Positions 52,290-61,926 of a stretch of DNA of 64,000 nucleotides are shown piece after piece. Origin of the DNA: Octopus vulgaris (taxonomy: Eukaryota); assembly GCA_951406725.2 (NCBI GenBank), contig OX597828.1:39184001-39248000 (forward strand). Reading direction: 5' to 3'. The position numbers and the translations under genes were made by a program. Within the stretch, counting starts at the first letter, position 1; each line of letters begins with the position of its first letter. The notes under the pieces are model-generated. The model was not told the origin of the DNA and ran no database searches. It saw only the letters and a program-made list of their open reading frames with translations.

Positions 52290-55274
52290 CATTGGTAGGA
52301 TTTGAACTCCGAAAATGAAAAGACAAGGCATTTTGTCCATTGCTCTAAGGAGTCTATCCATTCATATCTTCATAATAAATACATCTAAAACAGGCATGTC
52401 ATGAGAAGGATAATAATTTGCAACAGTTACAAGACCTGAAATTTTTAAGTTGGTAGGAAGAGTCATTTAAATTGACTCCAGGTAACTGACAGGTACTTTA
52501 TTATATTGACCTCAGGAAGATGAAAGGTAAAGTTGGCCTCAGCAGGATGTGAGCTTAAAACATAGAGTTGCAAGATATCTTCTTCAAATCTTGATTATGT
52601 CCTGCCAAACAATGCGATGATAATCCTTTCAACTTTAGGCACAAGGCTTGAAATTTTTTAGGGCTGAGACTAGTCGATTACATTGGCCCCAATGCTCAAC
52701 TGGTACTTATTTTATTGGCCCTAAAAGGGCAAAAGGCAAAGTTGACTTTGGAATTGGATGTCAGAACATAAAGACAGTTGAAATGCTGCTAAGCATTTTC
52801 CCAGAATGGTAATGATCCTGCCAGCTTGCCACCTTAACCCATTAAGCCCCAGAGTACTTAAATTTCTGAATATTACTTTTAAATTTTTACAAATGATTGA
52901 AAATAGGTTAAAAGCCAAAAAAATCAATTATTAAAACTCCTTTACTTCAAGTAGAAATGGAAATACTCTGTGTCCTACAAATAGGACACTGAGACAATGT
53001 GATATAGCTTATTTAATGTTCTCATTTTAGTGTCCTATTTGTAGGACATTGGGACTTAATGGGCTAATCCATGCCCTAATAATGATAACTATTTCTGAAT
53101 CAGGCACAAAAAGTAACAGAGAGAAGGATTGACTTGATATCATCTAAGGAAGAATGAAAGGCAGAGTTGACCTTGGCAGGAACTGAACTCAGAATGTAAA
53201 GAGAGGATAGAAATACTGTAAGGCATTTTTCTGATGGTCAAAGAATTGAAACAATCTATGCCCTAATCATAATAATGACTACTAACACACACACAGAAAA
53301 AAAAAAATCATACACTACATAGCTATACATACACGAAGTACAAGCTAATGAGGGAGCCTTTGCTGCATAGTCACTCAACCTACAAGAAATAGCAGTTAAA
53401 ACTCTCTGAAATCACACCTAGTTCTAAACAGGAAGCAAATACAGGGTAAGGCAGGCTAAGAAGTTAAGGCATGTCTGAAAAGAGGGGATCGTCAATTGTT
53501 AAAATGCCTTTGATTGCTGGTCTATCAATGTTTATTGGCGATATACACACATATACATACATACATACATATACAACAATATGTTAGTAGCATACATTTG
53601 AGACAATCATAGATGAGCTTGGTAATAAATACAATGAGTTCATTAAGATGGTGAACCTAGGCACAAAACCATAATATTGGATGAAACTAGTTCCTGACTG
53701 GATTTTATAGGAGCCCTATCTTCTTGAAATCAACTATCATCTTAAGTACAAATGTGAAATAATGTGATCTTAGATATTTGAAAAAATTTAATCATCACTA
53801 AGTGTAACTAAGGGTGCTGAAGCATCTACATTGCTAGAAATAAGAGTTTAAAAAAACTCAATGCTGTAAAAAGAGCACAATATATATACACTGACAGGGG
53901 AGGTAACCATCCATCAACTGTTTTTAGAATCACCAGACTAGGCCTAGTTTCTCCTATTCTAGTACTACATTGCACCTAACTGTTTATCTTAGATATGTGA
54001 TGTTGAGATATAGATGGAATGTCATGGCTGGAAATGTGATAGGTCTATGAAATCAAGGATAATATAGAGTTAAACAACAAAAGCAACAACTTTTGAAAGG
54101 ATTAACCCTCTTACAATGGAAATCAAATAGATCCACTCAAAATTTCATTATCTTTAACTGCAGAAAGCTGTTTTATACACCAATCGATCCTTTGTTGAGA
54201 GATGTCATGTTTGAAGCTATTTTTCTATTGAGATATGTCAGGGTTTATTGAGGCAAGGTTTATTGTAGGAATGACCAATTCCATTTGATTGTCAAATATT
54301 TAACATCATCACTGGAATAACCATGAAACTTAATTTTGCAGTGAAAGGATTAATGGTAAAGTCAGTGGGGACAATACAAAAGTGAAATATATTTCTTTAC
54401 TACCCACAAGCAAACAAGAAACAGTGGAGGTGGGGAGGGGTGTACACAGGACAAAAGAGGGATATCAACAGTAACAATAAAGACGATAAATAAATAATAA
54501 ATAGCAATAAAACATAGGAGAACAATATAACAAGAATGTATCTTTAACATTAGGAGGAACCATATAAGATGATTTGGGGTACCCTACACATAACTATCAT
54601 AGGTTACTCTGACACACACATACACACAAATGATTTCTCCCAGTTCTCAATACATAACAAGAATAGGCTCATATAGTCATGCCAGTCATGCCATTCTCAC
54701 CCGATTTCATAAAATTTACTTGAAGTCAGTACTCCCACTCTACCTTCATCATGAAGTGGTACTTGAAGTTGCTGAAAGTTTGACCCAAGATGAAAAACTT
54801 TGTCCTCAAACTTTCAACAATGTCCACTCAACTTTCTTTAGTATGGTTACCGGTCAAAGGTGCAGGGTTGGACTTGACAGCAGATGCAGCTGGTAATTGA
54901 GTCTGTCCTGCACAGACACTGAATGACAGAGTACCAGAAGGTTTCATCACCCTGCATACAACTTGGCCAGGTTCTTTAACGCAGACATGCCTGTAGAGTT
55001 TATCCAGAACAAGTAAAGTATCCTACAACATCACAAGGTCAAGGACTGAGAATGTTGATGACAATTTTACAATATTATGAAAGATGATATATTAAAAGGG
55101 CCAAAAGAACTTACTTTCGAGTCTTCGACACTTATAATTCGGTACGTGGCACGAGCATTGTCATAATAAAAGTGAACTACTGCAGCCGTTTTACTAATTT
55201 GAATCCAGTGCTTTTTACTCTCCTGATCTCCCATGTGAAAAACATGGGCCCTACAGCTGAACAGTGGCTGTTCC
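12102..55274 (-). CDS. Homer: Homer scaffold protein (EVH1 domain + C-terminal coiled coil), 8 coding exons in window; first coding exon (probably ATGGG) not found
   Basis: Manually spliced exons of 160+132+162+131+157+123+81+198 nt give an open frame with matching phases. Motifs [32 protein letters not shown] and [31 protein letters not shown] are Homer signatures. Confidence 0.96.
12362..12905 (+). mobile_element. CORE-type SINE, interrupted, about 60 nt from the last Homer acceptor
   Basis: Head at 12362, tail at 12845-12905. Confidence 0.8.
13740..14906. repeat. 79-bp direct repeat (13740-13818 and 14828-14906) flanking about 1 kb
   Basis: GAACAGTACTGATAAGTCATTGTCCGTTCAC...GTGGTGTTAAAA occurs twice with 2 mismatches. 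Confidence 0.9.
14237..14768 (+). mobile_element. Non-autonomous Helitron
   Basis: A|TC 5' end, 3' hairpin CCCGAGCAACGCCGGG (14741-14756), CTAG|T 3' end, no TSD. Confidence 0.88.
15213..15293 (-). CDS. Homer: Homer exon 8: [27 protein letters not shown]
   Basis: Acceptor ttgtttcacag, donor gtaaga; 81 nt, phase 0-0. Confidence 0.9.
15341..15531. mobile_element. Degenerate hAT-like MITE just outside Homer exon 8
   Basis: TAGTTCGCAACCTTTT..GGGCCACA start and GGGCTACATGCAGCCC..GTCGATAACTAC end, typical of hAT MITE termini. Confidence 0.45.
16133..16334. mobile_element. piggyBac-like MITE
   Basis: TTAA|CCCTTTCATTAC ... GTAACAAAAGAG|TTAA. Confidence 0.7.
17035..17157 (-). CDS. Homer: Homer exon 7: [41 protein letters not shown]
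   Basis: Acceptor ttttctttgaaag, donor gtaaaa; 123 nt, phase 0-0; heptad pattern. Confidence 0.88.
17365..18000 (-). mobile_element. Tandem cluster of old Meta-like SINE copies
   Basis: Three degenerate copies of the 7360-8835 family. Confidence 0.65.
18455..18792 (-). mobile_element. RTE LINE 3' end, about 22 nt downstream of the Homer exon 6 donor
   Basis: (ATG)n tail, GGCGTTAGGAAGGGCATC motif, tandem GTGCCACCGGCAC units. Confidence 0.85.
18815..18971 (-). CDS. Homer: Homer exon 6 (coiled coil): [52 protein letters not shown]
   Basis: Acceptor ttattttag, donor gtacga; 157 nt; strongly conserved Homer coiled-coil motif. Confidence 0.96.
19228..19795 (-). mobile_element. RTE LINE near-complete 3' UTR
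   Basis: Colinear with 40683-41255. Confidence 0.85.
20356..20486 (-). CDS. Homer: Homer exon 5: [43 protein letters not shown](S)
   Basis: Acceptor ttcttattccag, donor gtaagt; 131 nt, ends in phase 2; [14 protein letters not shown] is typical of Homer. Confidence 0.94.
22285..22910 (-). other. Unclassified coding-like segment + AATAAA + two-hairpin retroposon tail
   Basis: Non-repetitive segment with broken reading frames, AATAAA at 22373-22368, then GGCGGTGCCCCAGCATGGCCACAGCTCGTGAGCTGAAACTAG and ATAAAAT repeats. Confidence 0.5.
22975..23357 (-). mobile_element. Non-autonomous Helitron sharing its 3' end with 14237-14768
   Basis: Minus strand TCTCTCTATATATAAAC start; identical CCCGAGCAACGCCGGGCGATACTGCTAG end; inserted in (TA)n. 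Confidence 0.88.
23660..23822 (+). mobile_element. Penelope-like remnant with decayed hammerhead-like core
   Basis: GAA-GAGC-GTAG-GCTC-GAAA stem II is retained but the CTGANGA box is mutated. Confidence 0.4.
26943..28210 (+). mobile_element. Decayed Tc1/mariner-superfamily transposon, DD37D (maT) type
   Basis: Transposase fragments [44 protein letters not shown] with 37 residues between the 2nd and 3rd Asp. Imperfect 23-bp TIRs at 26943-26965 and 28188-28210; TA on the left; stops and frameshifts. Confidence 0.9.
28505..28805 (-). mobile_element. CORE-type SINE with internal deletion
   Basis: Head and tail joined without the microsatellite segment. Confidence 0.88.
29525..30272 (-). mobile_element. 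Tandem cluster of Meta-like SINE copies
   Basis: Three or more head-to-tail copies ending in a long (AAT)n run. Confidence 0.75.
32596..33006 (+). mobile_element. Young Meta-like SINE with duplicated 3' half and 20-bp TSD
   Basis: AAGATTCCTGTG(C/T)TGAAACA at 32576-32595 and 33007-33026; CpG-rich. Confidence 0.88.
33029..33553. mobile_element. Fold-back element (about 205-bp arms) with hammerhead-like cores; Penelope-like
   Basis: Arms about 33029-33235 and 33345-33553 are inverted copies. Minus strand 33181-33137 reads GTGTAG-CTGAAGA-G-GTCACAGGTGTGTGAT-GAAA-GATTT-CTGGAC. Confidence 0.75.
33700..34025 (+). mobile_element. RTE LINE 3' end
   Basis: GGCATTAGGAAGGGCATCC motif, tandem units, (TGA)n-like tail. 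Confidence 0.78.
34958..35340 (+). mobile_element. CORE-type SINE, full length
   Basis: Colinear with 2598-2980. Confidence 0.9.
36454..36861. mobile_element. hAT-like MITE
   Basis: TIRs CTGTGCTGGATTAA / TTAATCTGGCCCTG; degenerate 8-bp TSD GTAGTGAC / GTGGGGAC. Confidence 0.7.
37938..38305 (-). mobile_element. CORE-type SINE, full length
   Basis: Reverse complement of the 2598-2980 family. Confidence 0.88.
38450..38808 (+). mobile_element. CR1-clade LINE 3' end
   Basis: [21 protein letters not shown]...FK is the canonical CR1 ORF2 C-terminus. The tail GTGCACCTGAGCA...CAATAA..TTCATTAT also occurs near 3750-3790. Confidence 0.8.
39323..39484 (-). CDS. Homer: Homer exon 4 (EVH1 terminal helix + linker): [54 protein letters not shown]
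   Basis: Acceptor ttaatttcag, donor gtaagt; 162 nt, phase 0-0; F..F.E.K helix pattern. Confidence 0.92.
39652..39850 (+). mobile_element. Probable Helitron-type 5' fragment
   Basis: A|TCTATTATAATTAA start, (GT)n, CCGATTGCACTCAAATTTG motif; no 3' CTAG hairpin seen. Confidence 0.4.
40258..40389 (-). CDS. Homer: Homer exon 3 (EVH1 C-half): [44 protein letters not shown]
   Basis: Long polypyrimidine tract + tag acceptor, donor gtaagc; 132 nt, phase 0-0. Confidence 0.97.
40683..41668 (-). mobile_element. 5'-truncated RTE LINE: ORF C-terminus + about 600-nt 3' UTR with tandem repeats + (ATG)n tail
   Basis: [17 protein letters not shown]...[13 protein letters not shown]...DRDLWK (ORF 41271-41474) runs directly into the widespread UTR repeat. 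Confidence 0.9.
42988..43382 (+). mobile_element. CORE-type SINE, young, full length
   Basis: GGCGCAGGAGTGG start, CpG-rich, complete tail. Confidence 0.92.
43665..44070 (+). mobile_element. CORE-type SINE, diverged
   Basis: Colinear with the family, including the tail. Confidence 0.75.
44290..44640 (-). mobile_element. Decayed RTE LINE C-terminal fragment (another family)
   Basis: Minus strand encodes WNWVGHVLR...W.PEG. Confidence 0.6.
44655..45062 (-). mobile_element. CORE-type SINE, young, full length
   Basis: Near-identical inverted partner of 42988-43382. Confidence 0.92.
45365..45690 (-). mobile_element. tRNA-derived SINE (further family)
   Basis: Minus strand TGACTTAGTGG..GAGTTCAATTCC head, GTGACCTTGAGCAAGACACTTTATTTCACG core. 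Confidence 0.7.
46741..47090 (+). mobile_element. Helentron-associated non-autonomous element (HINE/DINE-1-like)
   Basis: Sub-terminal inverted repeats ACCTCTGCC / GGCAGAGGT, (GTTT)n tract, 3' hairpin GCACTC-TCT-GAGTGC; sits in (ATT)n. Confidence 0.75.
48008..48348. mobile_element. Fold-back element (about 140-bp arms) with type I minimal hammerhead core; Penelope-like
   Basis: Arms 48008-48148 and about 48211-48348. Plus strand 48195-48240 reads GGACCA-CTGATGA-G-GTCA-CAGAAGTA-TGAC-GAAA-GAAC-TC-TGGCTG. Confidence 0.8.
48350..48665 (+). mobile_element. tRNA-derived SINE
   Basis: GAGTTCGAATCC B box, GTTCTTGAGCAAGACACTTTATTTCAC core. Confidence 0.75.
49231..49605 (-). mobile_element. tRNA-headed, hammerhead-containing element with inverted duplication of its 3' part
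   Basis: Inverted arms 49231-49358 and 49478-49605; A box TGGTGTAATGG (49480-49470), B box GTTCAATTCC (49434-49425); hammerhead core at 49333-49286. Confidence 0.75.
49725..50070 (+). mobile_element. CORE-type SINE, diverged
   Basis: Colinear with the family. Confidence 0.78.
52838..53063. mobile_element. piggyBac-like MITE with internal palindromic inverted repeats
   Basis: TTAA|CCCATTAAGCCCCA ... TGGGACTTAATGGG|CTAA; perfect 20-bp inverted repeat at 52971-52990 / 53029-53048. Confidence 0.75.
54101..54353. mobile_element. Degenerate TTAA-flanked MITE
   Basis: TTAACCCTCTTAC ... GTGAAAGGATTAA. Confidence 0.4.
55115..55274 (-). CDS. Homer: Homer coding exon 2 (EVH1 N-half): (G)[53 protein letters not shown]
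   Basis: Acceptor ttttgttttag, donor gtaagt; 160 nt, starts with 1 nt completing the Gly codon. Confidence 0.96.
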
Positions 55275-56835
55275 CTAAAACAAAAAATAAAATAAAATTA
55301 ACAATATATACATGTTACATAGATTTATTAAATTTTAAGATATTCATAAAAAAAACCCACAAAAACATTATAATACTGAATTATAAATTATAGAAAATTG
55401 TGAAAAAAAATTACAGTATTTTCCATGTTTTTTTTTTTTTAAATTGGTTAAAAACAAATAAACCTCAAATAGATTTTAAAAAAAACAAAATCTTATCTAA
55501 AATTTTTCCATCCATAGACTATTTGATTGAATTTGTTAGAGAATTTTGGAAGATTATCTAATAATCTGAACAAAATAATGTTGGGTGAAATACAATAAAT
55601 CTGATACAAGTCTTTCAAAACACTGAAATGGTTTTATCAATACTTGCAATCTCGATTATTGATGTTTGTAGTACCATATTTTATTATTTGTTACCCAGTG
55701 ATTTCTACTTCTGAATATCTAAGAATCAATCACAGCAACTAGAATTCTTTAACTTCTTGTTCCTTCACGGATCTATTGTCTCTCAACAGAACTAGTCTTA
55801 GCACTCAATAAATATTATTCATTTCCCTGTCCAATATGCAGTAAATACAAACTAATCTACATACATTCATAGAAACAATACATGAAGACACATACACACG
55901 AGACAGTATACCCAAACATGTGCACATATACAATATATACACACGCACACACATTCACACAGCATCCATAGTACATCAAATACAGACATTTCTGTCCAAA
56001 CTAGTATTTCTGAGAATATAATTTACATTAATTCTATATAACATTATACAATAAACTTCTTTGCTATTCAATGACTATTTATTCTGCAACCCACCAGAAT
56101 TAATAGCATCTGTTAACCAATGGTTCTTCGGCCCAATATTCTGTTTATTTACTGCACCAATGCCTGGCCATTCTGTCTCTGAGTTTTAACAGCTGTACCA
56201 TTTATTTATGTTTTTATAGAAATTTTATACTGTGATGCTTGAACAATAGTTTTGCTGACTGGAGATTTCCAAAGAACTAATCACTGGTTCACAGTATTGC
56301 TGATATCAAGAGTGACAATGAAGTGTCTATATCTGCATGCAGAACAAATACTGCAAACGATTGTTTCATGAGCACCCATCTTTTTGTTTCCTCAGCAAAT
56401 ACAATGACAAAAGACACCTCCCCACCCCCATTCTTTCAATTTTGGCACAAGGCCAGCAATTTCAAGGGAATAGTCATGTTGATTACATCAACCCCAATGC
56501 TCAACTGGTACTAATTTTAGCAACCCCAAAAGGATAAAAGGCAAAATTGACCACACCTATTGAAAACTGTGTGTGTGCTCTTGCATGTGCTTGTATTCTA
56601 CAACTTTGTTTTTATACCATCTGAATGAAACAATGATGTGATGTTGACAACACCACTAATCACCGTTTTCAAAGGCCAGTGCAATGAATACTCCACTAAC
56701 TTGAAAAGCAGGTAAGGGTGAGTAATAGGAAGAACATCTGGCCACAAAATGGTGCCTCAAATATGTCCTTGTCCAACCTATATGCTTAATATGGAAACAC
56801 AGACCACACAAATGGACAACACACACTCACTGACA

Positions 56836-57225
56836 TTATCATCATCATCATTTAACATCTGTTTTCCATGCTGGCATGGGTTGGAGGGTCTGACTGGGGA
56901 CTGGCAAGTCAGGAGGCTGCACCAGGCTCCAGTCTGATCTGGCAAAGTGTCTACAGTCAGATGCCCTTCCTAATGCCAACCACTCCGAGAGTGTAGTGGG
57001 TGCCTTTTACGTGTCACCGGCACAGGAGCCAGTCAGGTAGTATTGGCATTCACCCACACTTGAATGGTGCATTTAATGTGCCACTGGCACAGGAGCAAGT
57101 CAAGGTGGTGGTGGGGACTGGCATTGACCACATTTGGATGGTGCTTTTTACGTGCCACCAGCACAGGTGCCAGTCTGGCAGCACTGGCATCGGCCACAAT
57201 TACAATTTCCATTTTGATTTCGATA
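56836..57225 (-). mobile_element. RTE LINE 3' UTR fragment
   Basis: Same family as 19228-19795. Confidence 0.8.
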
Positions 57226-57457
57226 TAAATGAATATATATGTGATTATAATATCAACAGTTGACCATCTACTCTAAGTTTTATCTTTGGCTGGGCTGCTC
57301 ATGGCTGCCGTGAATAACCCAGGGGAAGAACAGATTGCCAACTTTTGATGTAATAAATATATCTACTCACTGTAGCCAATGTATTGGATTCTATATCAGA
57401 TAATGTTTGCACTATGCAAAACATATATTCTTTAATATATTTATATATATATATATA

Positions 57458-58140
57458 CTCTTTACTCTTTTACTTGTTTCAGTCATTTGACTGTGGCCAT
57501 GCTGGAGCACCGCCTTTAGTCGAGCAAATCGACCCCAGGACTTATTCTTTGTAAGCCTAGTACATATTCTATTGGTCTCTTTTGCCGAACCGCTAAGTTA
57601 CAAGGGACGTAAACAAACAAGCGATGTTGGGGGGGGGGGGGCACAAACACACACATACATACATATATATATATATATATACGACGAGCTTCTTTCAGTT
57701 TCCGTCTACCAAATCCTCTCACAAGGCTTTGGTTGGCTCGAGGCTATAGTAGAAGACACTTGCCCAAGGTGCCATGCAGTGGAACTGAACCCAGAACCAT
57801 GTGGTTGGTAAGCAAGCTACTTACCACACAGCAACTCCTGTGCCTATATATATATAGGCATGGCTGTGTAGCAAGAAGTACTACTGCAAGGCAGGTGTCT
57901 TCTACTATAGCCTTGGGGTGACTGAAGCCTTGTGAGTGGATTTGGTAGAAAATGAAAGAAGCCCATTGTGTGTGTGTGTGTGTGTGTTTACATCTCTGTA
58001 ACTTAGGGGTTCCGCAAAAGAGACTAACAGAATAAGTTGCAGGCTTAAGAAAACAAGTACTGGATTGATTCATTCAACTAACATTCTTCAAGGTGGTGCC
58101 CCAGCGTGGCCAGTCTAATGACTGAAACAAGTAAATGATA
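57458..58140. mobile_element. Two CORE-type SINEs head-to-head (minus 57458-57845, plus 57857-58140)
   Basis: Divergent copies joined at the palindrome TGCCTATATATATATAGGCA. Confidence 0.85.
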
Positions 58141-58637
58141 TTGAAGATTTCTTTCAAGATATAGCCTGGCCATAAAGAAAAAAAGAAAAGAAAGAAAGTG
58201 GGGGCAAGAATTCTTAATTTCTATTTGTCAAGAGTAGTTTCAAAATCTAAACTTGTATGACAATGTTGTATAAACCTATCTTCCCATCCAAATTTGGCAA
58301 TACTTCAAATGCTGTATAACGTGGGTCACGTTTGATTGCTTCATAATTGAGGTAACATTTTAAGTAGTGAAGCATAAATAATTAAGTTCAGAGTGAGATG
58401 ACCTTTCCAACAATAAGTACGAATAAAATAGATAAAAAATTAAAATAAAAGTATAAAAATGAAAAATAAATTTACGCTGTTCCCTCCCACTCTAGTTCTA
58501 TATATAAATTAAGATGCACTAACACATACTAAAGATAGTGTATTTGGTACTGACATTTCGTTTTCTATGTGGTAATTAATTAGTATGTTCTTCACATATA
58601 CATACACAGAGATGTATACATCATCTGTAGATACATA

Positions 58638-58681
<44 letters not shown>

Positions 58682-58714
58682 CGTAATGCTTATGCAAATG
58701 GCACCCGAGCCAGT

Positions 58715-58895
58715 AACATGTGAAAGCACCCATTACACTCTCGGAGTGGTTGGCATTAGGAAGGGCATCCAGCCGTAGAAAACCATGCCAAATCAGACTG
58801 GAGCCAGGCGCAGCCTTCCAACGTGCCAGCCCAGTCAAACTGTCCAACTCATGCCAGCATTGACAATGGACATTAAATGATGATGATGATGATGA
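58715..58895 (+). mobile_element. RTE LINE 3' end
   Basis: Family motif and (GAT)n tail. Confidence 0.8.
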
Positions 58896-59500
58896 TATAC
58901 ATTATGTAATCTTGTCAAATAGGGGTCTGCCCTCGGGCAGGCCCTGTCCAGGTGAACCTTCCCCCAGCACTCTCTATATGATCAAGGAGGGCCTATATCT
59001 TTCCCTATTGCTTTTAAAAAAATTACTGGCACTTCAGCTACTGTGACTAAACTTGGGGTGAATACTGGAGTGGCTTTCAGGTGGGATTTGAACTCAGAAT
59101 GTAGAGAGCTGGAAGATATGCTGTAAAGCATTTCTGCCAAAATGCTAATAATTCTACCACTCTCCCACCTGCAGAGCAACACGAAATGAGTTATGCTCAA
59201 GAATACAACACACCAACCAGACCAGGGATTGAACTTAGGATCTCATAATTGTGAGTGTGACACTAAGCACCAGACCACACACCTTCGCACATGTGTAACA
59301 CATATACAAATATAACCACATGTGTGTATCATGCATAGATATTTATATATATTCTTGCAATTTGTATATATTTATACATATTCCTGTTGGAGGTGTAGTG
59401 ACACTGTCATGCTTTGAATATTTTAAAACCAAGCAGAACCCATTCCTTATAGAGAGAGAGGGGGGAGAGAGAGAGGGAGATAGAGAGATAGAGTTAGATG

Positions 59501-59558
<58 letters not shown>

Positions 59559-59757
59559 AATAGGGGGACAATCAACCTCAAAACTGGACTGAACTTGCAA
59601 GGATGAATAGCAAAGTTGACCTTGACAAGGCTGAAGCCAGAGGATCTGCAGAGTGTTAGAATGAATACCATGAGAGTCTATTTAACACCAGGATTTTGCT
59701 GTATTTAGCACTTTTATGTTTTATATCACACACTCAACAAAAACAACACACACACAC

Positions 59758-59786
59758 TTTAATCTTAGATATAAATACAATATAAT

Positions 59787-59818
<32 letters not shown>

Positions 59819-59880
59819 TAATCTTAGGTATAAACACAATATAATACACACATATATTAATCTTAAGTATACAATATATT
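59758..59880. repeat. Short tandem repeat TTAATCTTAGRTATAAAYACAATATAATACACA (about 3 copies)
   Basis: Direct inspection. Confidence 0.7.
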
Positions 59881-60205
59881 TAGGAGCATATATATATAAA
59901 CACAATCATCTTAAATTTTCTTAAATGTTCCATAAACTATGAAAATGTACTTTAATTGTTTATATATAAACACACATACATATATAAGATGAACTGACAC
60001 AAATGAACTTTCCAAGGTCAAATATTAATTTGTCTGAGGTACTTATTGTGGAAGAAAAGGTCAACAATTAATTAGAAATTGATAGGGGTTGTGATAAATG
60101 CTAATGTGAAATACATAAATATATATACACAAGCATACATGTGTTATATATATATATATGTTCCACATCCTTGCGTTGTTGTTTTTTGTTTTCTTGTTTG
60201 GATTA

Positions 60206-60251
<46 letters not shown>

Positions 60252-60357
60252 CACACGTGTGCCAGCAATCCAACCCATGCCAGAATGGAAAATGGATGTT
60301 AAATGATGACTATACTTTTATACATTTCAGCCCTAAGGCTGTGGCCTTGCCATATAT

Positions 60358-60810
60358 AGGCACAAGCATGGCTGTGTGGTAAGTTTGCTACCAAACCACA
60401 CTGTACTGGGTTCAGTCCTACTATGGTGGCACTTTGGATGATACCTTGCGAGTGGATTTAGTAGACAGAAACCGAAAGGCAGCAGCGGGCTGGTAGAAAT
60501 GTTAGCACGCTGGGCGAAATGCTTAGTGGGATTTCGTCTGCCATTACATTCTGAGTTCAAATTCCGCCGAGGTTAACTTTGCCTTTCATCCTTTCAGTGT
60601 TGATAAATTAAGTACCAGTTACGCACTCGGGGCGATGTAATTGACTTAATCCCTTTGTCTGTCCTCGTTTGTTCCCTCTATGTAGGCAATAAAGAAATAA
60701 GAAACTGAAAGACACCCATATGTGCTTGTATGTGTGTGTGTGTGAGCATTTGGACCCCACCACGCTTGACAACTAGTGATGGTCTGTAAATTAGTGGTTT
60801 TAGAAAAAGA
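60358..60810 (+). mobile_element. Meta-like SINE (about 60477-60700) nested in a CORE-type SINE
   Basis: CORE SINE is interrupted at AGAAAC(C/T)GAAAG, which is duplicated on both sides of the insert. Confidence 0.75.
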
Positions 60811-60829
60811 GCCATTTCTGCACATGTCT

Positions 60830-61222
60830 TTCTTTGACTTGTTTCAGCCATTTGACTGCGGCCATGCTAGAGCACTGCATTAGTCGAACAAATCGATCCC
60901 AGGACTTATTCCTTGTAAGCCTAGTACTTATTCTATAGGTCTCTTTTGCCAAACCGCTAGGTTATGAGAACATAAACACACCAACATCGCTTGTCAAGCG
61001 ATGATGGGAGGACAAACACAGACATACAAATGAACACACACACACATATATATATATATATACGATGGGCTTCTTTGCATTTCCGTCTACCAAATCCACT
61101 CACAAGGCTTTGGTCGACCCGAAGTTATAGTATAAGACACTTGCCCAAGGAGCGACACAGTGGGACTGAACCCGGAACCATGTAGTTGGGAAGCAAGCTT
61201 CTTACCACACTCCTGCGCCTAT
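60830..61222 (-). mobile_element. CORE-type SINE, full length
   Basis: Reverse complement of the family consensus. Confidence 0.85.
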
Positions 61223-61442
61223 GTTTTTGAATGAAATATTTTAACTTTCATTTCATATTTCAAAAAAATATTTTTTTAGTAAATAATCAATAGAAACCCA
61301 GGCTTGGTTCGCCAGTTGATGATCAGAAATGAGCAACTCGGAGTACTGGGAATTGCAGTCTTTTATTTATTATGTTTTACAAAATATTCTACACTTGCAT
61401 TGAGTCCTGTAATCTATCACTTCTGGTGAATCAACAAAGATT

Positions 61443-61926
61443 TATACATACATGCACACATACAGACAGACGCATACACACACACACGCATACATATACA
61501 CATACATACACACATGCATACATATATATATATATACACACACATGCATACATATATATACACACACACATACATATATATACACACAAACATGCATACA
61601 TATATATACACACACACATACATATATATACACACACACATGCATATATATACACACACACATGCATACATATATATACACACACACATGCATACATATA
61701 TATACACACACGCATACATATACATACACACACACATGCATACATACAGACACATACATACACACACAAATGCATACATACACAAATGCATACATACACA
61801 AATGCATACATACACAAATGCATACATACACACGTACATGCATATATGCATACACACATGCATACATACATACACATGCATACATACACACACATGTATA
61901 CATACACAGATGCATACACACACATG
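61443..61926. repeat. About 480-bp compound (CA/TA/CATG) microsatellite with higher-order units
   Basis: Units such as CACACACATGCATACATATATATA and CACAAATGCATACATA repeat in tandem; this array generates the spurious ORFs here. Confidence 0.95.

Noticed and set aside
54630-55020. 88-aa ORF and higher-complexity sequence next to Homer exon 2
   Set aside because: No recognisable domain or splice signals; probably an old repeat fragment.
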